From Gammaproteobacteria bacterium (lineage in GTDB: Bacteria; Pseudomonadota; Gammaproteobacteria; Steroidobacterales; Steroidobacteraceae), in NCBI GenBank assembly GCA_012026925.1, contig VEPJ01000073.1, forward strand, positions 6,340 through 70,339: a stretch of DNA of 64,000 nt, given 5' to 3'. Positions 54,591-64,000 of this stretch are shown here, piece after piece. The position numbers and the translations under genes were made by a program. The notes beneath the pieces were generated by a model. The model was given only the letters and a program-made list of their open reading frames with translations, did no database searches and had not been told where the DNA came from. How positions within the stretch are numbered: the first letter of the stretch is position 1; each line of letters opens with the position of its first letter.

Positions 54591-55561
54591 GGCCCTGCCT
54601 TCTCACCCAGGATCCTGAACACCTCCGCAAAGCGTATCACCGCTGGCCCGACCGCGACGACGAAGAACGCCGGGAACATGCATATGACCAGCGGGAAGAC
54701 CAGCTTGGTGCCGATCTTCGCAGCCTGCTCTTCGGCCCGCTGCATCCGCTTGTCGCGGAACTCCTCGGCGTATACGCGCAGCGTGTCGGCGATGCTCGTG
54801 CCGAAACGGAGGGTCTGCAGCAGCAGGCTCACCAGGCCGTGGATGTCCTCGAGCCCGGTCCGGGCCGCCAACCCCTTGAGGGCCATTTCGCGGTCGACGC
54901 CGGCCCGCATTTCGGCCGTCACGAGCCCCAGCTCGGTGGCCAGCTCGGGGTGACTGAAGCGGAGCTCCTCGGAGACACGCTGAATCGAGGCGGTCAGGCC
55001 GAGGCCTGCCTCGACGCAGACCACCAGCATGTCGAGCGCATCCGGGAAGCCGTCCCGCAGCCGCTTCTGGCGCCGTTCCACCAGGTGGCCCAGCACGACG
55101 TTCGGCAACTCCAGCCCGACGAAAGCCGCGGCCATCGCGAGGAACAGGAGAGTCGCCATGCCGACGCGCGGCATCCACACCGACGAGGCGACGACGGCAC
55201 ATCCGAAAAGCACCGCCAGCGCGGTCTTGATCGTGTAGAAAAGCGGCAGCGCATTCTGCGAACGGAAGCCTGCGACCGACAGGCGCTTCTCCATGTGGCT
55301 GCGCTCGTGCTCCCGCAGCGGCAGCAGGTACTTGTTGACGGGCTCGAGCGCGTGCAGCAGCTGCGCGACCGTCTTGTGCTCGGGCTCGACCTCGGTAGCC
55401 AGGTGGCCGAGCCGCCTGCGCACCGGGTCCGTTACGGCGATGACGAGCAGCGAAACTCCCAGCGTCAGCAGGAAGACGGCCGCGGCCGCAGCCACGACGA
55501 TCAGAACCCGATGCGTTTCCGTCCCGCTCAGCAAGTCAGAGATCCGGGTAATGGTATCCAT
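54587..55561 (-). CDS. tadC: Flp pilus assembly membrane protein TadC (T2SS-F family)
   Basis: ATG at 55561. T2SSF-type polytopic protein. 4-nt overlap with tadD. Confidence 0.8.
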   Translation of the reverse strand: MDTITRISDLLSGTETHRVLIVVAAAAAVFLLTLGVSLLVIAVTDPVRRRLGHLATEVEPEHKTVAQLLHALEPVNKYLLPLREHERSHMEKRLSVAGFRSQNALPLFYTIKTALAVLFGCAVVASSVWMPRVGMATLLFLAMAAAFVGLELPNVVLGHLVERRQKRLRDGFPDALDMLVVCVEAGLGLTASIQRVSEELRFSHPELATELGLVTAEMRAGVDREMALKGLAARTGLEDIHGLVSLLLQTLRFGTSIADTLRVYAEEFRDKRMQRAEEQAAKIGTKLVFPLVICMFPAFFVVAVGPAVIRFAEVFRILGEKAGP

Positions 55562-55565
55562 GGCG

Positions 55566-56540
55566 TCACAGCTCGATTCGGATGATCTTGCGCATCCAGA
55601 GAACGCCCACAACCATCATGATGCAGGCGGTCACGATCAGCCTCCGGCCCAACGGGTCGTGCAGCAGCGGCGGCAGGTATTCCGGCGTGATGACCCAGAT
55701 CACGCCGAACAGCGTGATGGGCACCAGGGCGAGGATCCAGGCCGACAGTCGCCCTTCGGCCGACAGCGTGCGCACCCTGCGCCCGAACCTGAACCGGGCG
55801 CGGATGACCTGCGAGATGCGGTCGAAGATCTCGGCCAGATTGCCGCCCGACTCCTTCTGGATCAGGACGGCGGTCACGACCGCCATCAGGTTGGAGCTCG
55901 GTACCCTTGCCAGCATGCCGAGCAGCGCCTGCCTGAGGTCGTTGCCGTAATTGACGTCCGCGAAGGTGAGCTCGAACTCGCGTGCGATCGGCGGCTCCAT
56001 GTCGTCGGCCACGAGCTTCAGGCAGGAGTTGAAGGGATGTCCCGCACGCAGCGCGCGCTTCATGATGTCCACGGCGTCCGGCAGCTGCTCCTCGAACCTG
56101 GCGAGGCGGAGCTGCCGGTCCCGATGGATGATGACGAACGGGGCGGCCAACGCCATGACCGCGGCCAGGGACGCAACCATCCAGTTCGGGTAGAAAGCCA
56201 GCACCAGCACGAAGGCCACCACGCCGCACGAGACCGCGAGCATTACCATGCGGTGAGCGAGGACCGTGCGACCCGATTGCTCGATGAACCGCGCCAGCTG
56301 CTCCATGAACGGCAGGCTCTCGAGGCGACGCTCCAGCGGCGAGAGGTCCTGCAGGTACTTCTGCCGCAGCAGCAGGGACACCTCGCTATGCGCCTCGAAT
56401 GCGCCTATCTGGTGCAACTTGCGCCGCAGCAGCCTCTGCATGCGCGCGTCCGTCCCGAATGCCGGCACGAAGAGCGCCTGGGACAGCAGGAACACGGCTC
56501 CGGCGAGCAGCCCCAGGAATACCAGGAGTCCGCTTGTCAT
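55566..56540 (-). CDS. tadB: Flp pilus assembly membrane protein TadB (T2SS-F family)
   Basis: 324-aa T2SSF-type membrane protein immediately downstream of the ATPase gene. Confidence 0.8.
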   Translation of the reverse strand: MTSGLLVFLGLLAGAVFLLSQALFVPAFGTDARMQRLLRRKLHQIGAFEAHSEVSLLLRQKYLQDLSPLERRLESLPFMEQLARFIEQSGRTVLAHRMVMLAVSCGVVAFVLVLAFYPNWMVASLAAVMALAAPFVIIHRDRQLRLARFEEQLPDAVDIMKRALRAGHPFNSCLKLVADDMEPPIAREFELTFADVNYGNDLRQALLGMLARVPSSNLMAVVTAVLIQKESGGNLAEIFDRISQVIRARFRFGRRVRTLSAEGRLSAWILALVPITLFGVIWVITPEYLPPLLHDPLGRRLIVTACIMMVVGVLWMRKIIRIEL

Positions 56541-56549
56541 GCGCTTCTC

Positions 56550-57905
56550 CTATCGCTTTGCGGAATGTACGGCGAAGACCTCGGGCGGCAGCTCGATGCC
56601 GCGTCGAGCGAGCCGACGCTGGAAGCTCGGCATCACGCCGGTCGCCCTGAGCTTGCCGAGCACGTTGCCTTCCTTGTCCACGCCCGTGCGCTCGAACGTG
56701 AAGATCTCCGACATGGTGATCACGTCCCCCTCCATGCCGTTGATTTCCTGGAGGCTGACCAGCCGGCGGCGGCCGTCCTCGTCGCGGGCGATCTGCAGCA
56801 CGACGTTGATCGCCGAGGCCATCTGCGCCCGCAGAGCGCGAATCGGAAACGTGATGCCCGTCATCGAGACCATGGTTTCGATGCGGCTCAGTGCGTCTCG
56901 CGGAGAATTGGCGTGGATGGTCGTGAGCGAGCCGTCGTGGCCGGTGTTCATCGCCTGCAGCATGTCGAGCGCCTCCGCCCCGCGCACCTCGCCGACGATG
57001 ATGCGGTCGGGTCTCATGCGCAGTGCGTTGCGCACCAGGTCGCGCTGAGTCACTCCGCCCTTGCCCTCTATGTTCGGCGGCCGCGTCTCGAGTCGCACCA
57101 CGTGCGGCTGCTGCAGCTGGAGCTCCGCCGAGTCCTCGATCGTGACGATGCGTTCGTTCTCGGGCACGAAGGCCGAGAGGATGTTGAGCAGGGTCGTCTT
57201 GCCGGTGCCGGTACCGCCCGATATGACGACGTTCAGGCGACCGTGCACGATGCCGTTCAGCACCCTGGCCAGCGACTCGTCGATCGTGCCGAGCCGGATC
57301 AGGTCGTTCACCGACAGGAGCTCGACGCCGAACCGGCGGATCGAGAGCATCGGCCCGTCGAGCGCCAGCGGCGGGATGATGACGTTGACGCGGGAGCCAT
57401 CCTTGAGGCGGGCATCCACCATCGGCGAGGACTCGTCCACGCGACGCCCGACGGCCGAGACGATGCGGTCGATGATGTTCATCAGGTGCGCGTCATCGTT
57501 GAACTGCACCTCGGTCAGCTCCAACTTTCCAAACCGCTCGACGTAGACCTGCTTCGGGCCGTTGACCAGGATGTCGGACACCGTCGGATCAGCGAGCAGC
57601 GGCTCTAGCGGCCCGTGCCCGAGGACCTCGTCCTCGATGCGCCGCGTGACGAACTGCCGCTGCGCGAGACTGAGCGGCGCCGACTCCTCGACGAGCAGCC
57701 GGCCCGTGACCTCGCGGACCTGGTTGCGCGCCGCCTCCTCGCCCAGCGAACCGAGGAGAGACAGGTCCAGGACCTTCAGGAGCCGTTCGTAGATCTTCTG
57801 CTTCCACTCGCGCTCGGTCGGGCTCAATTGCCGCACGCGCTCCGGCTCCGGAGCGGCGCCCTTGAGCGTCGTGGCAGCCTGCTTGTCCTTCAAGAGAGTG
57901 GACAT
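56550..57905 (-). CDS. cpaF: Tad secretion ATPase CpaF/TadA
   Basis: Walker [13 protein letters not shown], Asp box VTIEDSAEL, Walker [10 protein letters not shown] and His box HDGSLTTIH. Confidence 0.9.
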   Translation of the reverse strand: MSTLLKDKQAATTLKGAAPEPERVRQLSPTEREWKQKIYERLLKVLDLSLLGSLGEEAARNQVREVTGRLLVEESAPLSLAQRQFVTRRIEDEVLGHGPLEPLLADPTVSDILVNGPKQVYVERFGKLELTEVQFNDDAHLMNIIDRIVSAVGRRVDESSPMVDARLKDGSRVNVIIPPLALDGPMLSIRRFGVELLSVNDLIRLGTIDESLARVLNGIVHGRLNVVISGGTGTGKTTLLNILSAFVPENERIVTIEDSAELQLQQPHVVRLETRPPNIEGKGGVTQRDLVRNALRMRPDRIIVGEVRGAEALDMLQAMNTGHDGSLTTIHANSPRDALSRIETMVSMTGITFPIRALRAQMASAINVVLQIARDEDGRRRLVSLQEINGMEGDVITMSEIFTFERTGVDKEGNVLGKLRATGVMPSFQRRLARRGIELPPEVFAVHSAKR

Positions 57906-57908
57906 GGA

Positions 57909-59108
57909 TCAGTCTCCCGAGAAGATGGGCAACGCGCGTCGCAGGAGGCCCCGATGCTCGACATGGACGCCCCCGACGATCTCGTGCTGCAGTTCGATGA
58001 TTCCCCTGGCAACGGGCGAGGTGTGGTCGTACTCGAGCAGCGGTATGCCGCTGTCGACGCTCGCGACCACGGACTTGTAGTGGCTCGGCAGCGCCGTGAG
58101 TTGCTCGTGGCCGAGCGCGCGCCGGATGTCGTCCAGCGCCACGGTGGAGCGCTTCTGGTAACGATTGACTACGACGAGGATCCGGTCGCTCGGCACGCCG
58201 ATCTCGTTGCACAGTGCGTTCATCATCCTCGCAGCCTGCTTTAGCTGCAGGACCGATTGCTGCACGACGAGCACCACCCGCCTGGCCATGCCGAGCGCCA
58301 CCACTGCCACGGGATCGAGCGAGTGCGACGCGTCCACCACGATGTAACGGAAGTTCGACGACAGGATGGCCATCAGCTTCGCGAACCGGTCCGGATCGAC
58401 GTCCCCGGGCGACAGGAGCGACTTCGCGGGCGTACCCATGACGCGCAGGCCGCTGTGATGCTTTGCGACGTAGCCCGGCAGGGCCTGTTCGTCCAGGTAC
58501 TCGACCTCGGCCAGCGCGGCGGGCAGGCCGAGGCCGGCCGACACGTCGAGGAAGCCGGTGAGCGGCGCGCCGGCGACGTCGAGGTCGAGCAGCAGCGTCG
58601 GCGCCCTGCTCTCGGTCGCGAACGCGAGCGCGAGATTACAGGCCACCAGCGAAGTGCCGACGCCGCCGGCCGCGCCATTGACCACGATCACGTCCGCCCG
58701 CCTCGGACCGGGGGTCCCGCGTGCGGGCTCGTTGCGCAACCGCTCGACCGCGGCGACCAGGTCGTCGGCCTGCACGGGCTCCGGCAGGAAGTCGCGTGCC
58801 CCGCTCCGCACGGCGAGCCGCATCGCTTCGGGATCGCCGGCCGGCCCCACCACGATCAGCGGCGGCCGGCTGTCCGCGCTCGAATCGACCAGTGCCGCGA
58901 GCACCGACAGGCTCTCGCCGTCGAAGCGCAGCACCAGCACGTCGGGGAGTGGCTCGAGGTCGGACAGGCTGTCCGCCTGGCCGTCGCTGATCAGGTGGAT
59001 GGAACAGACGACCCCGCCGGCGGTGCGTTCCAGCGCTTCGGCGAGCGTCTTCAGTGAGCGCTCGGAACGGCCCGCGAGGACGACCTTGAACTTGTTGTTG
59101 TTCGTCAT
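57909..59108 (-). CDS. cpaE: CpaE/TadZ-type pilus localisation protein (receiver-like N domain plus ParA/MinD-like domain)
   Basis: Receiver-like N-terminal region with no obvious phospho-Asp context. The P-loop region reads NGAAGGVGTS, with no Walker lysine. Confidence 0.75.
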   Translation of the reverse strand: MTNNNKFKVVLAGRSERSLKTLAEALERTAGGVVCSIHLISDGQADSLSDLEPLPDVLVLRFDGESLSVLAALVDSSADSRPPLIVVGPAGDPEAMRLAVRSGARDFLPEPVQADDLVAAVERLRNEPARGTPGPRRADVIVVNGAAGGVGTSLVACNLALAFATESRAPTLLLDLDVAGAPLTGFLDVSAGLGLPAALAEVEYLDEQALPGYVAKHHSGLRVMGTPAKSLLSPGDVDPDRFAKLMAILSSNFRYIVVDASHSLDPVAVVALGMARRVVLVVQQSVLQLKQAARMMNALCNEIGVPSDRILVVVNRYQKRSTVALDDIRRALGHEQLTALPSHYKSVVASVDSGIPLLEYDHTSPVARGIIELQHEIVGGVHVEHRGLLRRALPIFSGD

Positions 59109-59121
59109 GTGTCAGGACCGC

Positions 59122-59577
59122 TCAGTCACATGCGGGCGGCTCGCCGATTCTCGGGATGCCGAGGCTTTCGCGTGGCAGCGTCACCGAGTACTCCGGCGCG
59201 GTGAACGCAGGGCTCAAGAGCGGGAGGAAGATGTGCATCGGGTAGCCCGCGATGCGCACGCGCACGTACGCCGTGCTCGAATAGTCTCCGCCCGAGTCAG
59301 CGCCACTCTGGTCGAGGTACTCGACGTGAACGTAACTGGTGTCCAGGCCGGGCACGCCGTGCGGGGCCGCAAAGACGGCCTTCTGCGCAACGAGCGGGTC
59401 GTTGACCCGGCAGACGGCCGCAACGCGCGCCGCGCGTCGAGCGCCCTCCTGGAGCATGTTCAGCGTGAAGACGATGCGACCGAACTCGATGACGGCGAAG
59501 ACCACGATCACGAGCAGGAGGCCGACGATCGCGAACTCCACCGTGGTCGCACCGCGCTGCCGTCGTCTTGCGCTCAT
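59122..59577 (-). CDS. tadE: TadE-like pseudopilin
   Basis: N-terminal RGATTVEFAIVGLLLVIVVFAVIEFG (TadE/G-like motif). Confidence 0.7.
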   Translation of the reverse strand: MSARRRQRGATTVEFAIVGLLLVIVVFAVIEFGRIVFTLNMLQEGARRAARVAAVCRVNDPLVAQKAVFAAPHGVPGLDTSYVHVEYLDQSGADSGGDYSSTAYVRVRIAGYPMHIFLPLLSPAFTAPEYSVTLPRESLGIPRIGEPPACD

Positions 59578-59584
59578 GGTGTCC

Positions 59585-60070
59585 TCAGGAGATGGCCTTC
59601 ATCGTGACCGAGATCTGGAACGGCAGGAGCAGGCTCGAGGAGCCGCCGCCCAACAACGGCAGCACGTCCCCGATCATCGGGTTGTACGGGTAGTTGACGA
59701 TCACCTCGATGTTCCCGCCGCCGGCGTCCACGACGTCCACGTGGCCAGGCGCCAGCCCGGGCAGCATCCGGTCGCCGGTTCCAGCAATGTTTCCGTAGAC
59801 GGCGAGGTTCCTCGCGTTCTGGGCGACCTGCGGGGTGATGTCCACCACGCCGGTCGTGCCGGCGATGGCGTTCTCCGACACGTAACGCGCGCTGTCGCGG
59901 ATCGTATGGGCCAGCGTGTCGTAGTGGACGAAGGCACGCCCGAACTCGGCCGCCGCCAGCATCACGAAAATCAGGATCGGTACCGAAATTACGAACTCGA
60001 CGGCGGCCACGCCTCGCGACCTGCGTTTGCCGTCGACCTCACCGCGGAGCCGTTTGATTGAGCAACTCAT
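59585..60070 (-). CDS. TadE/TadF-like pseudopilin
   Basis: N-terminal RGVAAVEFVISVPILIFVMLAAAEFG. Confidence 0.65.
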   Translation of the reverse strand: MSCSIKRLRGEVDGKRRSRGVAAVEFVISVPILIFVMLAAAEFGRAFVHYDTLAHTIRDSARYVSENAIAGTTGVVDITPQVAQNARNLAVYGNIAGTGDRMLPGLAPGHVDVVDAGGGNIEVIVNYPYNPMIGDVLPLLGGGSSSLLLPFQISVTMKAIS

Positions 60071-61302
60071 GAGTCTGTGCTGTCCGGATCGTTGTGCAAC
60101 ACGATCTTGTACGGCCCTGGCCCGCCCTGGTTCCCGGGGTTGCCGCTACCCGGGCAGTCCTTGACGAACTGCGCGAAGATCCAGGCGTCGGTGCCGCTCT
60201 GCTTGACCGGCTGCAGCAGGAAGAAGCAGCCGTAACCCGCGATCGGCAGAGTCCCGGATGCGCCGCCCACGGGATGCGTGCAGTCCACGATCGGGACGGT
60301 CACGACGCGTCGCTGCGGGACTCCCGGGCCCGAGTAATCGGCGGGAAGAGCGTCGTAATCGCTCAGGTAGTTCCTGTACGAGTATGCAAGCTGGTCCAGG
60401 CCGTTGAACGGCTGCCCGTTGCAGGTGATGTGAACACCGTCCTGCGAGTCGAGCGGTGTCGCGGGAGCCGGAGTGGTGAAGATGTCCGGCGGATAGTCGG
60501 CGGCACCGCGACCGAGCGACCCCTGGTAGATGCCGAACCGGGTGTTCGTACCCTGTGCGACGGGACCAGTGACATTGCCCGGCTGAGGATCCACGTCCAC
60601 CATCGCGCCGGGCGCCGGGCACGCCGAGCCGCCCGCCATGTTGAGGCGAACGACATTTGCGCCGGAGCCCTGCAATCTGATGAGCTGGAAGTTGCCCGGC
60701 CCGAAGGTGGAGCCCGCTGCACCCGACGCCAGCTTCAGCAGCGTCACCGTGTTGCCCGGCTGACCGTACGGAGGGTAGCCCCAGTTTGGTGGTCCCGCGC
60801 CCATGTCGGCGCATACCGCAACCGGGAACAGGTCACAGGGTGTCACGATCGGCGCGCTCGGCCCCGCGACAGCGCTGGCGCGAGTCATCAGCTCGTCCAG
60901 GCCGAGCACGACCAGGAAGGTCGTGGCCGCCGGCAGGCCTGCGGCCCTCACCCGCACGTAGTCGGGAGGCGTGCCGCCCGGCACGAAGGGATTCAGCGTG
61001 TGTGAGTACTCGACCGTGACCGTCACGCGGCCGCGATGGGTGCTGAGGTCCGGAAACTTCGCCGAGTTCAGCTCGAACACGCTGTTGGCCTCAGCGGTTG
61101 CCGCAGCCTCGTTGCCATTCGTCTGGTCGAGCACCTTGGCCGCCGCGAGGGCCGCGGCGTCGACGGTGCTCTGCAACCGCGCCTTGTTGAGGACGAGATG
61201 GCCCATGTCGATCGCCAGCCCCACCATGGCCAGCAGGGACAGGATGGCCAGGGCCACGAATACGGCGACGATCCCACGCTGTTGCCGTCTCGTCCTCATC
61301 AT
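60067..61302 (-). CDS. tadG: TadG-like pilus assembly protein
   Basis: N-terminal QRGIVAVFVALAILSLLAMVGLAIDMGHL (Tad_N-type) followed by a large extracytoplasmic domain. Confidence 0.7.
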   Translation of the reverse strand: MMRTRRQQRGIVAVFVALAILSLLAMVGLAIDMGHLVLNKARLQSTVDAAALAAAKVLDQTNGNEAAATAEANSVFELNSAKFPDLSTHRGRVTVTVEYSHTLNPFVPGGTPPDYVRVRAAGLPAATTFLVVLGLDELMTRASAVAGPSAPIVTPCDLFPVAVCADMGAGPPNWGYPPYGQPGNTVTLLKLASGAAGSTFGPGNFQLIRLQGSGANVVRLNMAGGSACPAPGAMVDVDPQPGNVTGPVAQGTNTRFGIYQGSLGRGAADYPPDIFTTPAPATPLDSQDGVHITCNGQPFNGLDQLAYSYRNYLSDYDALPADYSGPGVPQRRVVTVPIVDCTHPVGGASGTLPIAGYGCFFLLQPVKQSGTDAWIFAQFVKDCPGSGNPGNQGGPGPYKIVLHNDPDSTDS

Positions 61303-61304
61303 GG

Positions 61305-61595
61305 TTACCAGCCTCCGCTCGTGCTGAACACCTGGACGTTGATGGGCTTGCGGACGTCCTCCGGCTTCGGGACGTCCTTGCGCATCTCGACCACCACGTT
61401 GTTCGCGTAGTCGGGGTCGACGCCCGTGACGGCCGCGTCACTCGGGCTGGTCAGCGTCGCCGGGTTGTACGCCGAGGCACTTATCAGTGACGCAACGGAC
61501 TTGCCGTAGTCGGCCTCCGTCGGCGTGGTTCCGCACGCCGCCAGGACGCCGATCGCAGCCGTCGCACCGATCATCCTGATGATTCTGGTTGTCAT
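61305..61595 (-). CDS. small tad-locus lipoprotein
   Basis: Lipobox GVLAAC in a 96-aa protein. Its position between the secretin and tadG matches the small lipoproteins seen in Burkholderiales-type tad loci. Confidence 0.5.
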   Translation of the reverse strand: MTTRIIRMIGATAAIGVLAACGTTPTEADYGKSVASLISASAYNPATLTSPSDAAVTGVDPDYANNVVVEMRKDVPKPEDVRKPINVQVFSTSGGW

Positions 61596-61608
61596 GGCGA
61601 CCTCCTTA

Positions 61609-63138
61609 TCAGTTCACCTGGTGGCCGCCCGAAGTCGCCTTCGCCTTGCCTTCGGTCCGCCCCATTAGGTAGAAGTCCACATCGTTCGGCTCGACGAACG
61701 CATCCGTCGGCAGCTTCACGCTGCCCGCCGCGACCGGCTTGGCGAGATGCGGCGTGACCATGATGACCAGCTCGGTCTGGCCCTTCTGGTAGTCGTTGCT
61801 GCGGAACAGCGCCCCGAGCACCGGTATGTCCCCGAGTCCCGGGAACTTGGTGACCGACTCGCGGAGCTTGTCGTCCAGCAGGCCGGCGAGGCCCATCGAC
61901 TGCCCGTCGCCGAGCTCGACCGTGGCGCTCGCGCTGCGCCGCCTCAGCGACGGCACGAACATGCTGGTCGAGACGTCACTGCTCGAGAGCACGATGCTGC
62001 TGTCGCCGGCGAGCTCGCTCACGCTCACGTTGACCTTGAGATTGATGCGACCGTCCGAGAGCACGACCGGCAGGAACTTGAGCCCGACGCCGTAAGGCTT
62101 GAACTCGACCGTGATGCCCCCGAACGTGCCGCCCTGGGGGACCGGCACCGGGAACTCGCCGCCCGAGAGGAACTCGGCCTCCTGGCCGGTCAACGTCGCG
62201 AGCGTCGGCTCCGCGAGGATCTTCGCGAGGCCGTTCTCCTTGGCGACGTCGAGCGCCATGGTGAGCTTGAAGTCATCGTCGATGAAGGCGCCGAAGAATC
62301 CCTGGTTGATGATCTTGAGCGGATTCGGCAGGAAGCTCCCGTCGGAATTCATGATTCCGCCGCCGTTCGAGATGCCGAAGTTGCCGTCGCTACCCATCCA
62401 GAGGGCCGTCAGGTTGGCGTTCATCCGCTTGAGCTCGGTGCGCTGGATTTCCGCGACCTTGACCGACAGCATCACCTGCTGCGCGCCGGCGATCTCGATC
62501 AGGTTGATCACGCTGCCGACCGCCTGGTCCTCCTTCTCCGACTCGGTGCCGCGCTTTCCTCCCGCAGGTGCCGCCAGCGTCATCGCCTGCTTCTGCTGCT
62601 CGAACTGCTGCGTCTTCTTCGCGGTCTGGATCTGCGCGAGATAGCCCTCGGCGATCCGCACCGCTGCATTCATCGCCATCACGTTCGAGGCGCGGCCCTT
62701 CAGCACGATGTTGCGTTGCGCCGAGTAGATCTCGATCGGTTCGTCGGGCAGGAGCTGGTGCAGCTTCGCCTTGAGGCCTTCGAGGTCGTGCGCGACTTCG
62801 AGGTTGACTGACCCGAGCAGCCTGCCGTCGCGGCCCCAGAAGAGCATGTTCGTCGTGCCGATGTCCTTCGCGAGGACGTACAGCTGTGTCGGGCTGATCA
62901 CGACGATGTCGGCGACGTCCGGGTTGCCGACTGCGACCCGTCCGGTGGGCTGCGCGACGCTGATGATGCGCGACTTGTAAAGCGGCATCGTCACGTCGAC
63001 CGCACCACCCATCGGTACCTGCTGAATACCCGTGGTGCCCTGGGCGAACGCGGGGCTGACGTCACAGAGCGACATCAGGAACACCGCGAGTGTCGATATC
63101 ACGATCCTGGTGGTTGACAACATGGTAGGTGTTCTCAC
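61609..63138 (-). CDS. cpaC: Flp pilus secretin CpaC/RcpA
   Basis: Signal peptide, N-terminal BON-like region, and secretin core with GDIPVLGALFRS. Confidence 0.9.
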   Translation of the reverse strand: MRTPTMLSTTRIVISTLAVFLMSLCDVSPAFAQGTTGIQQVPMGGAVDVTMPLYKSRIISVAQPTGRVAVGNPDVADIVVISPTQLYVLAKDIGTTNMLFWGRDGRLLGSVNLEVAHDLEGLKAKLHQLLPDEPIEIYSAQRNIVLKGRASNVMAMNAAVRIAEGYLAQIQTAKKTQQFEQQKQAMTLAAPAGGKRGTESEKEDQAVGSVINLIEIAGAQQVMLSVKVAEIQRTELKRMNANLTALWMGSDGNFGISNGGGIMNSDGSFLPNPLKIINQGFFGAFIDDDFKLTMALDVAKENGLAKILAEPTLATLTGQEAEFLSGGEFPVPVPQGGTFGGITVEFKPYGVGLKFLPVVLSDGRINLKVNVSVSELAGDSSIVLSSSDVSTSMFVPSLRRRSASATVELGDGQSMGLAGLLDDKLRESVTKFPGLGDIPVLGALFRSNDYQKGQTELVIMVTPHLAKPVAAGSVKLPTDAFVEPNDVDFYLMGRTEGKAKATSGGHQVN

Positions 63139-63183
63139 TTGCGTGGCGCACGGATCCTCCCGTCGACCGCGCGCAATGATTGA

Positions 63184-64000
63184 TCAGCCCTCGCCCTTCG
63201 GCGCCACCTCCTTGCCGACGGACGTGCCACGGATGACCGTGACGCTGGTATCCGGCGGCGGCGGCCCGATCCTCACGCGGGGCTTCGCCTTGACGGGGGA
63301 CGTCTTGACCGGCTCCGCGGCGACCTGGATCGGACTGGCCGCGGGCGGCAGCGGCAGGCTTCCCCGCATGGCGACGCGGTCGTCGGCCGGGTTGCGCAAC
63401 GCCAGCTGGATTGCGCCGCGCTCGGCGGCGAGCGCCAGCTTCTCCGCGTCGTCCGGCGTGACCTCGAGCGTCACGGCGCGCACGACGACCGGCTCGTTCT
63501 TCTCGGTCGACGCGGTCTGGTCCACGGCGAGCACCTTGACGTTCTGGACGATCGTCTCGGAACGCGTCTGCGTGCCGTCGCGGTAGGCGGACACGACGTC
63601 AACCCGGTTGCCCGGCAGCAGGAATCCCGCGACCCCTACCACGTCGTTCACGCGGATGCTGACGGCGCGCATGTTCTCGGTGATGACCGTGGCGAGCGTG
63701 CTGCCCTCACCCTCCGCGGTGAACTGCGGTGCGAGCAGGATCTCGCCCTGCATGATCGAGTCACGGGCGACCTTGCCCTCGACCTCCGCAGCGCTCGGGA
63801 AATTGCCCTTCGGCGCCGTGCCCTCGAGCATCTGGATCATGCCCACGTGGCGCGCCTCGACCTTGGTCCCGAACGGGATGTCCATGGCCGCAATGGCCAC
63901 CGGGACAGTTCCCGGCGTGGCTTCCTTCTTCGCTTCCAGGCTCTTCATGTATTCAAGCGCGAACCACGCGGCCGCGGCCGCGAGGATCAGCGACATGACG
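63184..64000 (-). CDS. cpaB: Flp pilus assembly protein CpaB/RcpC (5' end probably beyond the window)
   Basis: N-terminal TM (LILAAAAAWFALEY), SAF-like region (VPVAIAAMDIPFGTKV) and RcpC-like C-terminal region. The frame is still open at base 64000. Confidence 0.8.
   Translation of the reverse strand, partial: VMSLILAAAAAWFALEYMKSLEAKKEATPGTVPVAIAAMDIPFGTKVEARHVGMIQMLEGTAPKGNFPSAAEVEGKVARDSIMQGEILLAPQFTAEGEGSTLATVITENMRAVSIRVNDVVGVAGFLLPGNRVDVVSAYRDGTQTRSETIVQNVKVLAVDQTASTEKNEPVVVRAVTLEVTPDDAEKLALAAERGAIQLALRNPADDRVAMRGSLPLPPAASPIQVAAEPVKTSPVKAKPRVRIGPPPPDTSVTVIRGTSVGKEVAPKGEG

Noticed and set aside
1-64000. Genomic island or mobile-element boundaries for the cytochrome or cyanophycin loci
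   Set aside because: I found no integrase, transposase, tRNA or flanking direct repeats in the window. The palindromic elements have no coding capacity, so mobility cannot be claimed from this sequence.

Overview
This is a GC-rich, densely coding stretch of proteobacterial chromosome. I saw no rRNA, tRNA, CRISPR array, transposase or integrase. All product calls come from reading motifs in the ORF-track proteins, because no homology search was possible.

Layout:
- 1-18 kb: housekeeping and accessory genes. These include a CHASE4 histidine kinase with an RR-GGDEF-EAL partner, fatty-acid beta-oxidation enzymes, htpX, a c-type cytochrome, a secreted S51 peptidase, an amidohydrolase, MFS/GNAT genes and ggt.
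- 18-30 kb, minus strand: a co-directional cyanophycin block of tfoX-like, iadA, cphB, cphA, a truncated cphA', a haem-motif beta-propeller, an MFS transporter and ornithine cyclodeaminase. A DDAH-like gene lies next to it.
- 31-39 kb: DUF2339 with an M48 peptidase, a VOC protein, a LOG-family protein and a Sel1/ankyrin protein.
- 39-51 kb: the standout locus (below).
- 51-53 kb: an acyl-CoA dehydrogenase.
- 53-64 kb: a Tad/Flp pilus assembly operon that runs off the 3' edge of the window.

The standout locus at 39.1-51.3 kb is a tightly packed plus-strand operon. It encodes a CcmI-like TPR protein, a membrane protein with two H-x13-H pairs (ferric-reductase-like dihaem b signature), a cytochrome with 21 CxxCH motifs, a 1420-aa cytochrome with 58 CxxCH motifs, a SPOR-TPR-beta-barrel outer-membrane protein and a lipoprotein. 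A membrane-anchored 2x[4Fe-4S]/FAD-NAD(P) oxidoreductase and the Sel1/ankyrin protein are transcribed divergently from it. I interpret this as a candidate trans-envelope (extracellular) electron conduit with an unusual composition.

Other points of note:
- A three-member family of long palindromic intergenic elements sits at gene 3' ends.
- The 400-bp cphB-cphA spacer is heavily structured.
- The giant cytochrome gene contains a recent internal segmental duplication.
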